Translations under genes and position numbers: made by a program
Part shown: positions 13,004 to 25,707 of the stretch, piece by piece
How positions within the stretch are numbered: the first letter of the stretch is position 1
Layout: the number at the start of each line of letters is the position of its first letter
NCBI RefSeq assembly: GCF_009834535.1
Contig: NC_045697.1
Span: 26,476,001-26,540,000 of the forward strand
Source of the DNA: Camelus ferus
Lineage: Eukaryota
DNA length: 64,000 nt
Direction: 5' to 3'
Notes under the pieces: generated by a model
Seen by the model: only the letters and a program-made list of their open reading frames with translations
Told to the model about the DNA's origin: nothing
Database searches by the model: none

Positions 13004-14048
13004 TCATGTTTTTGAGAAAAATTTATTGAACTAAAATCAGAAGCATAGCAATTATCAAAAATACTAGTCTTAACAAAAATCCATCTAGAAGATCAGATAT
13101 ATACTTTTTCATAGGTCTCCTAGAATTATTTTATAAATAACCTGATTTACATCAAAATTGACTATGCTTCATGATCCTATCAGAGTTAATCGAAATAATT
13201 TGTCTAAACACAATGAGGGAAATAGTTTACCTCTTCTTCAACAAGAGAAATTAGTGTACTGTACATCCCAGGTGGCATAAAGTTTAATGCATGCTTAAGC
13301 ATACTCTTTATACCATCTAAACATTTACTCTACAGTGAGTAGTCAATACCTTAATTTATAATAAAATGACTTGAGTTGACTTTCTTGTATTTAAAAAAAT
13401 AATATTATTAATTGAAACAATTAAAAAGAAATAAAATATAATGGAGTTCGGTGCAAATCTTATTAATTTTCAGCAAATAAAATAGAGCTCAATTTTATTG
13501 CTGAGCTTTATCATAAAAGAAGATGTCAGAAGAATAACATATTCTGAAATTTAATTATACCCAAATCCTCAGTAATTTTTGATAAAGAAAATGGTAAAGA
13601 ACAGACAGTCCTGAAGAATCAAGACTGATTTCTTTAACATGACTACCCTTTGTTTAATTATATTCCTGGATGGAAGTTATTAGTGCAATATCAGTCCCAT
13701 GTTGAGCGATTTCATTGCACAGATCTATTTCAAGGATAAGGCAGGGAGGATGATGAAAAGCTGTTCCTCTAGTCTCTGAACATTCTTTCACTATTTAATC
13801 TGAAAATAACTTTTAGCACTGGATTACAGATATTGATATCCGTGTAAGTGCATAAAAAGAAGTTCTCACACCAGAGACTTTACCTTAATGCCTCTTGGTC
13901 ATTTACTGTCTTAATGTTCTTCTATAAACAAACTCAGATAAGTAACTTGAGCCATCTTGTTCCAGATGCCTACACTCTATGAACTTCCACATTCTCATCT
14001 GTAAAATGGGCATGATATAAACCACGTCTCTAACCAGAGTTAATGAGT

Positions 14049-14210
14049 ATGATTATAATTAAAAGCTCAGTTAAATTCTGTAGTGAAACACAAATACAAG
14101 TTATGATTATAATTAGAAGCTCAGTTAAATTCTGTAGTGAAACACAAATACAAGTTATGATTATAATTAAAAGCTCAGTTAAATTCTGTAGTGAAACACA
14201 AATACAAGTT
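14049..14210. repeat. Minisatellite, 3 x 54 bp
   Basis: Units 14049-14102, 14103-14156 and 14157-14210; only one A>G difference (unit 2). Confidence 0.98.
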
Positions 14211-14619
14211 AAGACCTGTCATCACTTGCTTTTTCTTCTTTTCTCCATTTATTACCAAGTAGCCTCTGTTTTTAATCTGGAAGGGGATTTATATTTTCTG
14301 GGATCTTCCCTACTTTTGCTGCTTACACATTCCAAACCAGAGTGTTTCCACAGAGCTTCCTAAACAAGCATGTGCTTTTTGGAGCACATAAAAATATATA
14401 ATTTATACTATGATACCTAAATTGCTATGACTTTTAACTCCAAGAAAAAAAATGGAGGTATTCAACCTCAAAACTTCTATGATCTCTGCAAAGAAATTAC
14501 CTAACTGTTGGCATCATTAGGCAATTACTATCTCAAATTCTGTGGTAACTGATTCCCTATCTTTAAATAAAAAGTTAATAAAAAATAAAAAACATCTATA
14601 TGTTCATCCCAAAGTAATA

Positions 14620-17290
14620 CGATTCATTTTTAGACCTGTAAATAGGTTATATACTGTGTATATTCTTCTGAGTTTTATTTAGCACATCCTAATATTTGTG
14701 AGATTTATCCTTGCACTCTAGTTCTGTTTTTGTTATCTCATTTTCACTGAAGTGTAACCATACCACAATTCATTCATTCATTTTAGTGTTAATGGACATT
14801 TGGATTATTTTCAGTATTTAGCTACTACAAGCAATGATTCTATAAACATTCTGTTTATGTATCTTGGTACACACATGCAAGAGTTTATTTAGGATATATA
14901 TGTAGGAGTTGTAATTGCTGGTATCATAGAAAATTTATTTGTTCAAATTTACTACACAATGAAAAACTGGTTCCTAAATTGATAGTCTCAATGTACAATA
15001 CCATTAGCACACTTGAAATTGTCATTGCAAATTTTTCATTGTTACTAATTTGGTGTATGCAGAATATCATCTCATGTTTTTAATTTACAAAAGCCAAGTT
15101 CTTAATAAGACAAGAAATTTAATAGAAGGGTATCTCCTCTGAGTGAAAAACACACACCTAGATACATTCTTTTTGCCTATTTTATTGCACAGTAAGTTAT
15201 ACAAGGGCTAGATTAGACATTCTTGCCTTGCTCCCTATTTGGATGGAAGGAAGTTATCTTTTCACTATTAAGTGTGAAGCAGCTGTGGGTTTTTTGTATA
15301 GTTTGGTTCAGTTTGGGTTTGTGTGTGTGTGTGTGTGTGGACGACTTTTATCAGATTGAAGAAGATCCCTTATAGTCCTAGTTTGATCAGAGTTTTTATT
15401 ACAAATGGGTGGTGGAATTTGTCAAATGCTTGCTTTGTATTTTTTGAAAGAATCATGTGATTTTTGTTCTTTAATCTATTAACATGGTCTATTTTATTAA
15501 TTTTTAAATATTAAAGCAATCTTGTATTCCTGGGATAAATCCCAGTGTTTAATTCTTTTTATATGCTATGATATTTGATTTGCTAATATTTTGTGAAGGG
15601 TATTTACATCCATGTTCATAAGGGATATTGATATTGATTTATCATTTTGTTTTTTCTTGTACTGTCTTCGGTTTTGTTAATAGTGTATTACTGGCCCTGT
15701 AGAATGAGATGAGAAATGTTTGCTTCTCCCATATTTTCCAAAGAGTTTGTAAAGGAACAGTGTTATTTCTTCAAATACTTTAAAATTCACAATCGATGTC
15801 AACTGGTCCTAGACTTTCTTTGAGGGAAGAACTGAAATTTCAGTTCTTTTAGTTAAGTCTATTCAGATTTTCCATTTTTCTTGAGTCACTTTTGACAATT
15901 TACATCTTTCTAGGAATGTTTCCATTTTATCTGAGATGTCTGATTTGATGGCTTAAAAAATATTTACAATGTTCCTTTGTGATCCTTTTAGTTTCAATAA
16001 GGATGATGGTAACATTCCCTCTTTCATTTTTAATTGGGTAATTTGTGGCTTCTTTCTTTTTTCTTTGTCAGTATGATTAAAGATTTGTCAATTTTATTAA
16101 TCTTTCCAAAGAACTCTTAGTTTCATTGATTTTCCAGTTTTCTGTTTTCCTTTTCATTTTTTTTTCCCTCTAACCATTACTCTTTCCTTTCTTCTGCTTG
16201 CTTGATTTGGATTTTGTTTCTCTTTTTCTAGTCTCTGAAGGTGGAAGCTTACGTTTGATTTGAGTCTTTTCTTATTTTCCTGATGTAAGTATTGAAATCA
16301 ACAAATTTCCCTCTAGTTGATGTTCTAGCTACATCCCATAAATTTTGATATATTGTATTTTAATTTTCATTGAGTTCAAATTATTTTCCAGTTTCCCTTG
16401 TGGTTTCTTCTTTAACCCTTCTAGAAATATTTTGTCTTAAAGTCTATCTTGTTAGACATTAAAATAGCCACCTAGCTCTCTTTTGGTTAGTGTTTACACA
16501 ATTTTTTTGCATTATTTTACTCTCAGTCTGTTTGTCATTGAATCTAGAGTGTGTGTCTTACATACACCATAGGGTTGGATTTTGGATTTTTCTTTTCATA
16601 TCCATCTTGACAATCTCTGCTGTTTTGTTGGAATATTGAGAGCATTCATATCTAATTAAATTATTGATATAGTTGGCTTTATATATTATACGTTACTATA
16701 TGTTTTCTATATGACTTCAGTCTTTTTTCTTTCTTTCTTCCTTTACTCCATTCTTTTGTGTTAAATAGATTTTCTTTAGTGTACTACTTAAATTCACTTT
16801 TTAAAAAACTACATTTTGTGTGTTATTTTCTAAGTGTTCATGATAGGAACACTTAGAAATGTGTGAATTTCTAATATGAATATTTCAATATGAATCTTAG
16901 TCAATCACAAGCTACTTCAAATTAACACTAATTAGATTTAATAAAATTTAGATCTTTGCTCCAATATAGCTTTCTCTTGTGCTATTAGTTATATACGTTA
17001 CATTTATATGCATATTTTAAATCCAACAATAGACTTTTATAATTATTTTTTATACAATCTTTTTTAAAAATTAAGAGAAAAAATAATTCAAATATTTTAT
17101 AGAGTCTTTTATGTTAGCACAAATATTTACCATTTCTGATGTTCTTTATTTCTTCCTCTGGAATTGAGTTACCAACTGGAATTGTTTTCTTGAGGTCTGA
17201 GGATTTCCTTTAGTATTTCCTGTAAGGGAGATCTACTAGCCATAAATTCTTTCAGTCTTTATTTGGGTTCTAAATACTTTTGAAAATCTG
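14620..17290 (-). mobile_element. Old L1 (L1M/L1ME) fragments, ORF2 and 3' region, degraded
   Basis: T-rich antisense L1 blocks such as GTTAATGGACATTTGGATTATTTTCAG, TTTGCTAATATTTTGTGAAGG, TCAATTTTATTAATCTTTCCAAAGAAC; contains (TG)n at ~15320-15339. Confidence 0.8.
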
Positions 17291-18219
17291 TAGTTTAGCA
17301 TCTTTCATAAGTGTTGGGAAAATCCTCAATCTTTACAATTATATTTTTATGCCCTTCTCAATTACTCACTAAAATAGTATTTTTTAACATAACGTGTTAT
17401 ATACACCTGGTCAATGTCTTAGTTGTTTTCCAGATTTTTGGCAACATAACTTTCATACTAGTTGGAAATCTCTTGCTGAATGGGGAAAAAGTCTACAGAA
17501 TATATATTTCTTTATCCTTTGTTGTCAAATGAACTACTACATATAAGGAATAAAAAGTATAGCAAACTAAAATGCCAAAATGGAGAAGCCTACATATGTT
17601 CAGAGAGCTGAAAAAGCCTTCAGATCACTGAAAGTTTTATCTAAAAAGAAAAACAGATTAAATACGGGTAGAATATGATAAGGATGGGGAATGACATGTA
17701 AAAGAGTAAACAAAACTCTTTGAGCATTTCTTTAAAAGTTGGGGGCTTTATTTTTGACATTGTTTACATAACTTTAAAAAAAATTTTCCTTTCATGTTTC
17801 ATAGCATGAAATCCATCATCATAACACAGCATAGCAAAATCCGTCATCAGACAGCTTTCTTCTATCTTTTTCTTCATCTCAGTGATAAAAAATGCTTTGT
17901 TATAGGCCAGATGCTACAGGTTTTTAGTGAGCAGAATTTCCGCTGACCTTTACTGTGGCTGCATAGACATTTATCTCTATAAAGCTTGCAGAACCAAGTG
18001 CAGCATATTCATTAGGGAAATTTACTTCCAGCACAGAGAGGTCAGCAAAATTTTGGTGGTCATTCAGGTGCATCATGATTCTAAGTTACCAAAAAAAGCT
18101 AATCAAATTCCTGATTTTAAGAAACAGTACGGAAAATAATTTTACTCTATCTTGAAGCAGGCCTAGTTGATCTATCTAGTTGTGTTTTTGCAGATGTCCT
18201 ATACACTGCATGCAGCACA

Positions 18220-18490
18220 TGCACCATTCTGTGTGCCTTTAATCATGCAGTTCTCCCTGCCTGGAATGCCCTCGCTACTTATTACCATTTATCAAAATGC
18301 TCTCTGTTCAAGGCCTATTCAAGTCCCATCCCTCCCAGAGAGCAGTCTACAGTCCATCCCATGCCAATCAACACTTTGATTCTCCCCACTCCCAACTCCA
18401 ACTGCACTCGCTATCGCATCAATATCATTTGGTTTAAGAATACATTGTTTTCTAATTGTTTCATGTGTTTGTCTTATCTCCCTTAATTAC
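18220..18490 (+). mobile_element. L2 fragment
   Basis: GCAGTTCTCCCTGCCTGGAATGCCCT...TGTTCAAGGCC...TTGTCTTATCTCCC. Confidence 0.5.
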
Positions 18491-18639
18491 AATTATATAT
18501 TATGTTAATATAAAAACAGATTATAAAGTATTTTTATATACTTTCTTCATTTAATTCTCAGCCTAGAGTGGTAGGCAACAGAGGCTTTGTTATCCTAATC
18601 CTTGAAATAAGAGCTTTGGAATTTTAGGATATGTATTTA

Positions 18640-18995
18640 GTCTATTTTATTCATAGTTTTCTTATCTGTAAAGTGGGGGCACATAATGCATTTTTTTTAC
18701 CATGTTGTTAAGATTAAATGTGAATATATAGCTAAATAACCTAGAAAATGCCTGGCTCCTAGTAAGCACTCAATATTCTTTCTTTCCTGTCCTCTCAACA
18801 ATCCTATGAGAAAGTTATTATCAAAATGTATTATCACATGCTATATCTATAGCATTACAAAGCAATTTCTTTATCCATATTAACTATTAGTAGTACTAGC
18901 AAATTTTGCACATGAAGAAACTGAGACTCAGAGGACTAAAGTGGTTGCACAAGCTCTGAAAGTTTGGTAACTCCAAACCTGGTGTCTTCTCTCCT
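18640..18995. mobile_element. Two MIR fragments (plus then minus)
   Basis: AGTTTTCTTATCTGTAAAGTGGGG...AGTAAGCACTCAATA, then ATGAAGAAACTGAGACTCAGAG. Confidence 0.65.
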
Positions 18996-19916
18996 CAAAA
19001 TACTTACCAATCTTTACAGAAAGTAATTTAATGACTGAATCCAGCATAGTGGTTGAGCATTAATATTCACAAAAGCAGTAATTGATGTAGATGCACAAGC
19101 TCCACTGGCCACCACAGCTTTCAGGGACCCTGAAGGAATCCCAGAGAAGTTCCTTATTTAGAGTTGCAGCCCCATCCAGGCAGAGAAAAAAGGTCACCAG
19201 GGCAATTGAAATTGATGATGATAATGATAAATAACACCAGTCACTGAAGGCATGCCATTATTAGTTCATACTGATATCTTCTACTCTAATCTATCTCTGC
19301 AGGTTTTCTCCTTGCCTTTTCTCCTTCCATCTTTTTATCTCCTTTCTTGTACACTGAGAACTGTGGCCTCTAATAATTACATTTACTCATTTGTCTAATC
19401 CTTTAATACAACTAAAATTATTTCATACTTGCTTCACCATGCCGCTACAACAATGCAAGTCCACTCAAAAGAGTCCAAATTTTGTTTGCCCAAAGGAAAG
19501 ACTGAGAGTGTATACAGGCACACATCAGAGATATTGCAGGTTCTGTCCCAAGACTATCACAATAAAATGAATATTGCAATAAGTGAGTCACATGAACTTA
19601 GAACTTTCGATTTTCCAATGCCTATAAAACTTATATTTACACTATACTGTAGTTTATTAAGTGTGCAATAGCATTCTGTCTAAAAAATAAACATATTAAT
19701 TGAGAAATACTTTATTATTAAAAGATGCTAATCATCATCTGAGGCTTCAGCGAGTCATACTCTTTTGCTGGTGAAGGGTATTGCCCTGATGTTGATGGTC
19801 AGAGTGGTGACTGATCAAAGTGGTTGTTGCTGAAGGTTGGGGTGGCTCTGGTGATTTCTTCAATAAGATAACTATGAAGTTTGTTGCATCAATTGACTCT
19901 TCCTTTCACAAATGAT

Positions 19917-21450
19917 TTATCTGTAGCATGCAATGCTGTTTGATAGCATTTTATCCACAGAACTTCTTTCAAAATTGGAGTTAATCTGCTCACATCCTGC
20001 TACTGCTTTATCAACTAAATTTATGTAATATTCTAAATCTTTTGTTGTCATTTCAACAGTCTTCACAGCATCTTCATCAGATGCTGTGCTTTCTTTGCTC
20101 TTCCATAAGAAGCAATTCCTCATCTGTTAAATTTTGATTATGAGATTGCAACAATTCAGTCACATCTCAGCCTCCACTTCTAATTCTAGTTCTCTTGCTA
20201 TTTCTACCACATCTGCAGTTACTTCCTCCACGGAAGTCTTGACTCCCTCAAAGTCATCCATGAGAATTGGTATCAACTTCTTCCAAACTCCTGTTATTTT
20301 TGATATTTTGACCTCTTCCCATGTATAATGAATTGTCTTAATGGCATCAAGAATGGTGAATCCTTGCCAGAAGATTTTATATTGAATTTTCCCAGATTCA
20401 TCAGAGGAATCACTATCTACAGTGGCAACTCTAGCCTTACAAAATATATTTCTTAAATAATAAGACCTGAAAATCAAAATGACTTCTAGATTCATGGGCT
20501 GCAGAATGGATTTTGTGTTAGCAAACATGAAAACAACATAAGAATTGCATTGTACATCTCCATCAGAGCTCTTGGGTGACCATGTGCTTTGTCAATGAGC
20601 AGTAATATTTTGAAAGAAACCTTTTTTTCCCCTGGGAAGTAGATCTCAATAGTGGGCTTAAAATACTCAGTAAACCATGTTGTAAACAGATGTGCTGTCA
20701 TTCAGGCTTTTTTGTTCCGTTTGTTCCATTTATAGAGCACAGGCAGAGTAGACTGAGAATAACCCTTAAGGACCATAGGATTTTTGGAACAGTAAATGAG
20801 GACTGGATTCAACTTAAAGCCACCAGCTGAATTAGCCCCGAACAAGAGAGTCAGCCTGTCCTTTGCAGCTTTGAAGCCAGGCATTGACTTCTCCCTAGCT
20901 ATGATAGTCCTAGACGGCATCTTCTTCCAATATAAGGTTGTTTTATCTACACTGAGAATTTATTGTTTAGTGTGGCCATCTTTATTAATTACCTTAGCTA
21001 GATCTGGATAACTTGCTGCAGCTTCTATATCAGCACTTGCTGCTTCACCTTGCACTTTTATGCTATGGGGACAGCTTCTTTCCTAAGCCTCACAAACCAA
21101 CCTCTGCTAGCTTCAAACTCTTCTGCAGCTTCCTCACCTCTCTCAGCCTTCACAGAATTGAAGAGAGCTAGGGCCCTGCTCTGAATTAGCCTTTGGCTTA
21201 AGGGAACATTGTGGCTGGTCTGATCTAGCCAGACCACTAAGACTTTCTCCATATCAGCAATAAGGTTATTTCACTTTCCAATCATCTGTGTGTTCACTGC
21301 AGTAATGCTTTTAATTTTCTTCAGGAAGTTTTCCTTTGCATTCACAACTTTGTTAAGTGTTTGGTGCAAGAGGCCTAACTTTCAGTCTATCTCAGCCATA
21401 AACATGCCTTCCTCACTAAGCTTAATCATTTCTAGCTTTAGATGTAAAGT
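19917..21450 (-). pseudogene. Decayed Tigger1 transposase (CENP-B-type HTH + DDE_1), frameshifted
   Basis: Consecutive minus ORFs: [10 protein letters not shown] (21058-21252), [13 protein letters not shown] (20702-20920), [12 protein letters not shown] (20492-20701), [10 protein letters not shown] (20160-20528), [19 protein letters not shown] (19917-20123). Confidence 0.9.
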
Positions 21451-21904
21451 GAACACTTAGAGGACATGGTAGGGTTATTAACTGGCCTAATTTTAATATC
21501 ACTGTGTCTCTGGGAATAAGGAGGTTTGAGGAGAGGGAGAGAGAAAGGGGAAGGGTCAGTCAAAGGGCCAGTCAAAGGAGCAGGCAGAACACACACACTA
21601 TTTATCAATTAAATTCATCATTTGAGCACATTTCATGGTGTCTCCAAACAATTACATAGTATCAAATAACATATAATAATAATGAAAAAGTTTGCAAAAT
21701 TGTGAGAATTACCAAAACGTGACACAGAGACACAAAATGAGCAAGTGCTGTTGGAAAAGTGGGGCCAAAAGACTTGTTCAGTGCAGGGTTGCCACAGATC
21801 TTTAATTTGTAAAAAACAAAAAACAACAAAAAAAAAAACTTAATACCTACAAAGCACCTCCTTTTATTTTTTAATTTTTTTAAAATTTTTTATTATTTAA
21901 AAAA

Positions 21905-22085
21905 AAATTTTATTGAAGCACAGTCAGTTGCAATGTGTCAATTTCTGGTGTACATCACAATGTCCCAGTCATGTATATACATACATATATTTGTTTTCAT
22001 ATTCTTTTTCATTAAAAGTTATTATAAGATACTGAACATAGTTCCTGGTGCTATATAGAAGAATCTTTTTTAAATTTTATTTACC
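21905..22085 (-). mobile_element. Young L1 3'-terminal fragment nested in SINE tail
   Basis: TTTATTGAAGCACAGTCAGTTGCAATGTGTCAATTTCTGG... is the same 3' end as the L1s at 26962 and 35163; probable TSD TATTATTTAAAAAAAA (21891 / 22086). Confidence 0.8.
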
Positions 22086-22101
22086 TATTATTTAAAAAAA
22101 A

Positions 22102-22229
22102 TTTTTTTTGGTGGGGAGGAGGTAATTAGATTTTCTTTTTTTTTTTTTTTAAATGGAAGTACTGGGGATTGAATCCAGTACCTTGTGCATGCTAGACACA
22201 TACTCTATCCCTGAGATATACCTTCCCCC
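22102..22229 (-). mobile_element. tRNA-Ala-derived SINE, camelid Vic-1-like
   Basis: Reverse strand GGGGGAAGGTATATCTCAGGGATAGAG...AGCATGCACAAGGTACTGGATTCAATCCCCAGTACTTCC (A/B boxes), then A-rich linker and CTAATTACCTCC tail; outer TSD ACCTCCTTTTATT at 21856-21868 and 22233-22245. Confidence 0.85.
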
Positions 22230-22261
22230 AGAACCTCCTTTTATTAAAGGAGGTATGCCTG

Positions 22262-23860
22262 CAGTCAAAGTCTGTAAAAAGCTACTTGAATTAGTCTTCT
22301 TATATACTTTCCTCCCTTCTCTATGATTATGTTATGCATTTGGAAAAAAGTTAGTTCATTTTTTTAAGTTTACTTTCTGGATTTTGTTTCTATTTTTATA
22401 ATTTAGAGTTCTTTTTTGACTATAAAGAATACTAACATGCTTCCTAAGTCAAGAGTATACAAAAGCTATATTCAAAAATGTGTCATTTCCTTGACTTTCT
22501 TTCTACCCTGCCCCCTCATTTCTTGTAGGTAACCAACTTCATTCTACTTTTTTTGACACCTTAGGTTAATTTTTATAAAGATAATTTTTCTTATTTATTC
22601 ATATTTCTTAAACAAAAGATAGCATATTACATATACTTCTTTACAGTTTGCTTTTTTAACTTGAACAAATGCTCTTTAATTTCTCCTAGAAATGACTCTG
22701 AATCAGTACAGAGAAAGCTCTCATTTAATTCTGCAGCTATATAATGTTCTGTTGTGTGTAAGCACCCTGGTGTATTTAACAAATCTTCTATGTTCAGAAA
22801 TTTGGGTAGCAGATAACATTTTGCAATTAAAAATAATTATGGAATGATTATACTTGTACATATGTATTTTGATATTTTTGGATATGCATCTCTAAGATAA
22901 ATTTCCAGAAGTAGGATTTCTAGGACAAAGGGCAGTACATACAATTTTTTTTTAAGATACTGCCAAATTTCCCTCTGTAGACTTTTATAATTTTTATTCT
23001 CACCAGCATGTATATGAGTGCTTGTTTTCACATATTCTCCACAGTAGAGGCTGTTTTCAAGTTTTAGAATCTGTATCAATCTGCCGAGTAAGAAATAGTG
23101 TCTCAGTGTAATTTTAATTTGTATTTCTCTAATTGCGACCAATGGATATCTTTTCAAACGTTTAAAGATCATATTTAGATTCTTTTTGTTCATTACTCTA
23201 CAGAACTTAAGTGTTTTTCCCTCTATTTTTGTAAGTTCTTTGTATAATATTTTGCAATTTATGTTGCAAATTTTTTCTCCCAATTTGTCATTATCTTTTG
23301 ACTTTTTTGAATACATTTTTTCATACAAAAGTACTTTGTCATTTATATAGTCAAATTTATATGTCTTTTCTTTTATTGCCTCTGAACTTTGAAGCATAGA
23401 CTTTCCCTACATTAATTTTTATATTATTTTTATAGTTCCATTTTTTACATTGAGATCTAATTTTGAATTATAAAAGCCTTTCCCTATGCTTCCTTATAGC
23501 ATTTGTATAGTTTCATTTTTTGCATAGATCATCACTCTTATTTTTACAGTTTTTATTTATACTCTCTTTTACATTTTTTTACATTTAGATCTCTTTGCAC
23601 TTTGTTCTTTTTTAAATTGAGGTATAGTTGATTTCATTTTCAAAATGGAACCACACTTTTCCCAACATCATTTATTTGAAAGCCCACCTTTTCCCTAGTG
23701 GTTTGATAGTCTACTTTTCTGATATTCTAGTTTTCGAATGCAGTTGAGTTAATTTGTATTCTTTCCATTCTGTTTCATCAGTCAGTCTGTCTATTCTTAT
23801 ACAAGTACATAGTGTTTTAATTATAGAGGCTTTGTAGTTTGTTTTACTATCTGCAGAGTT
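22262..23860 (-). mobile_element. Old L1ME-like LINE (probably continues left of Tigger1 at ~19300-19512)
   Basis: ORF 22837-23397 resembles the L1 ORF2 C-terminus (IREIQIKITLRHYF...EILLLEIY). Confidence 0.75.
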
Positions 23861-23994
23861 TGTTCCTAACCATAACAATGCTGTGTGAGATGATCTGTAT
23901 AAGTAGAAAGCTCAGCTGTTAAGAAGAAATAACATTATAATTTGTCAATTTTTTTTGTCATTAAGGCATGTTTAGTACTTTGTACTCATCAAAC

Positions 23995-24549
23995 TGAAAC
24001 CAAGCAGGATCCTGTGCAACACTCCCTTACAAATCCTGAGTCCCTCATTTCTTATTTTTGGGGAAAAGGCTTCAGCCTCCTAGACCTTCTCTGAATTTCA
24101 AAGGGCAGATTCAAACAGTTACTAATTAGGGAAGTGAAAGTATACAGAAAGAAAGGAAGAGCAGTTAAGACACAATACTGCAGCGATGAGGCAGGGTCCT
24201 GGTTCCTACTCAAGGAATATACATAACACTGTATCTTCGAGTTCTTCTTCAGGAACTAAGGCCCCCACGCGGGTGGAGGATGGTAACTTCGGCAGAGCAC
24301 AAGACTCCTGGAACGTTACACTATTACCTCACCACCATCCAGCTGGAAAAGTCACACACCCTGCAGCCCTCACCCCAAATTTTGCCTGTAAAAACTTTTC
24401 CCTGAAAACCATCAGGGAGTTCAGGTTTTTGAGCACAAGCCACCCATTCTCCTTGCTTGGTCTTGCAATAAACCTTTCTCTGCACTGAACTACAACATTT
24501 CAGTTTGGCCTCACTGTGCGTTGGGCACATGAACCAGTGTTTGACAATA
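23995..24549 (+). mobile_element. ERV1-class solo LTR
   Basis: Starts TGAAACCAAGCAGGATCC; AATAAA 24467-24472; U5 TTTGGCCTCACTGTGCGTTGGGCACATGAAC; 4-bp TSD AAAC at 23991-23994 and 24550-24553. Confidence 0.85.
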
Positions 24550-24699
24550 AAACTTTATTATTTGAATTTTATTATTATCAACACTCTAAAACAGAATTTG
24601 GAAGAGTACTATTTACCACTTATGATTATAGTTTAAAAAGGCATTTTTGAAAGAAGGAAGCTAAAGATGGTGTGAAATAAAAGCCATAAAATGTATATT

Positions 24700-25141
24700 T
24701 TATGGCAAGAGAAGAAAAATTTAAACACAAAAAACTTGTCTCTCCATTGGCCTCCTCTCCCCGCTCTACTGTGCATTGGGTATCTGCATTATGTGTATCC
24801 TCCTCCATCAGCAAAAATATCTGCTTAACGTAAAGAGCAACATTCTCCTAGAACCAATAAGACAACTCCTTAAAAGGTAACCTTCCTTCTTGATCTTGTA
24901 AGTGGTCGGGATGATCCACCAATTTGTACTTACAGATCTGGATTGTATGAACTGTCAATAATACATCATTTAATGTACGGCCCTCAGTTCCAAAAACTTA
25001 TATAACTGAGCTTTGACTTCTGATGGGCAGAACAGTTCTCAGAGTTTTCCAAGATGCTGTTCCTGAATTATAATCCTCAATATCACTCAAATAAAATTTT
25101 CCATTTCTTTCTTGGATCAACTGATTAATTTTTTATTGGCA
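24700..25141 (+). mobile_element. ERV1 solo LTR, MER41-like
   Basis: GAACAGTTCTCAGAGTTTTCCAAGATGCTGTTCC...AATAAAATTTTCCATTTCTTTC...TTTTATTGGCA terminus; 5' boundary uncertain. Confidence 0.7.
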
Positions 25142-25707
25142 ATGACAGATATAAAAAGCAACTTTTACACAACTTGCTATTACCCGTCCACATTGCAAAT
25201 AAAACTTCAAAGGCAAGTCTTAACAGGTATTAGGATTTTAGTACAAAGCTAGTTCTTAGTTAATGCAGCTAGTGGTAGCTCCAAAAATAAATAGGCAGAG
25301 TTTTGGGGAAAAAATGGTTAGGAGGTTGGCATTCCACTTGTACAGTTATCATACTGTTTTAGTTAGTTTTTATTATTTTTCCTCTAGGTCATATGTTCAT
25401 TTACAGTGGTTGAGGGAGCCTAACAGAGTTCATGGGGTGGGTAGGATGTTGAGAAGAGGGTTTCAATTTCATTTTTCTTACCCACACACACATCAGAGCA
25501 CCACCACTAAAAATGAAGTTTCCTTTGAAACTTAGGGATCTAGGGCTCAAGGTGAAATAGAGATAGAGTAATAGGTAATACATCATTGCAATACTGCTAT
25601 TGTTTTCAGTCACAAGTGGAAATACTTGTACTGTTCAATTTGGCCACCTCAGGACAATTTGCCACTCCAACTCTATTCCCTTATTAGACTGTAAACTCTT
25701 GAAGGCT

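Larger units (their letters stand above)
19515..22261 (-). mobile_element. Near full-length Tigger1 DNA transposon (pogo/TcMar), interrupted near its 5' TIR
   Basis: TA|CAGGCACACATCAGAGATATTGCAGG at 19515 and GGAGGTATGCCTG ending 22261 (TIRs); transposase remnants in between. Confidence 0.95.

Noticed and set aside
14043..14363. 106-aa ORF with a threefold peptide repeat; CRISPR-like array
   Set aside because: By-product of a 54-bp tandem repeat; no spacers, mammalian DNA, no coding evidence.
19917..21450. Possible domesticated TIGD1-like gene
   Set aside because: Split over five or more ORFs by frameshifts and stops, LQPMD motif reads LQPMN, and both TIRs are present: an ordinary dead Tigger1.
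22150..22229. tRNA-Ala gene
   Set aside because: Diverged stems, SINE-specific tail and TSD show it is a tRNA-derived SINE.
22837..23397. Longest ORF (186 aa) as a novel gene
   Set aside because: Degenerate L1 ORF2 C-terminal sequence.
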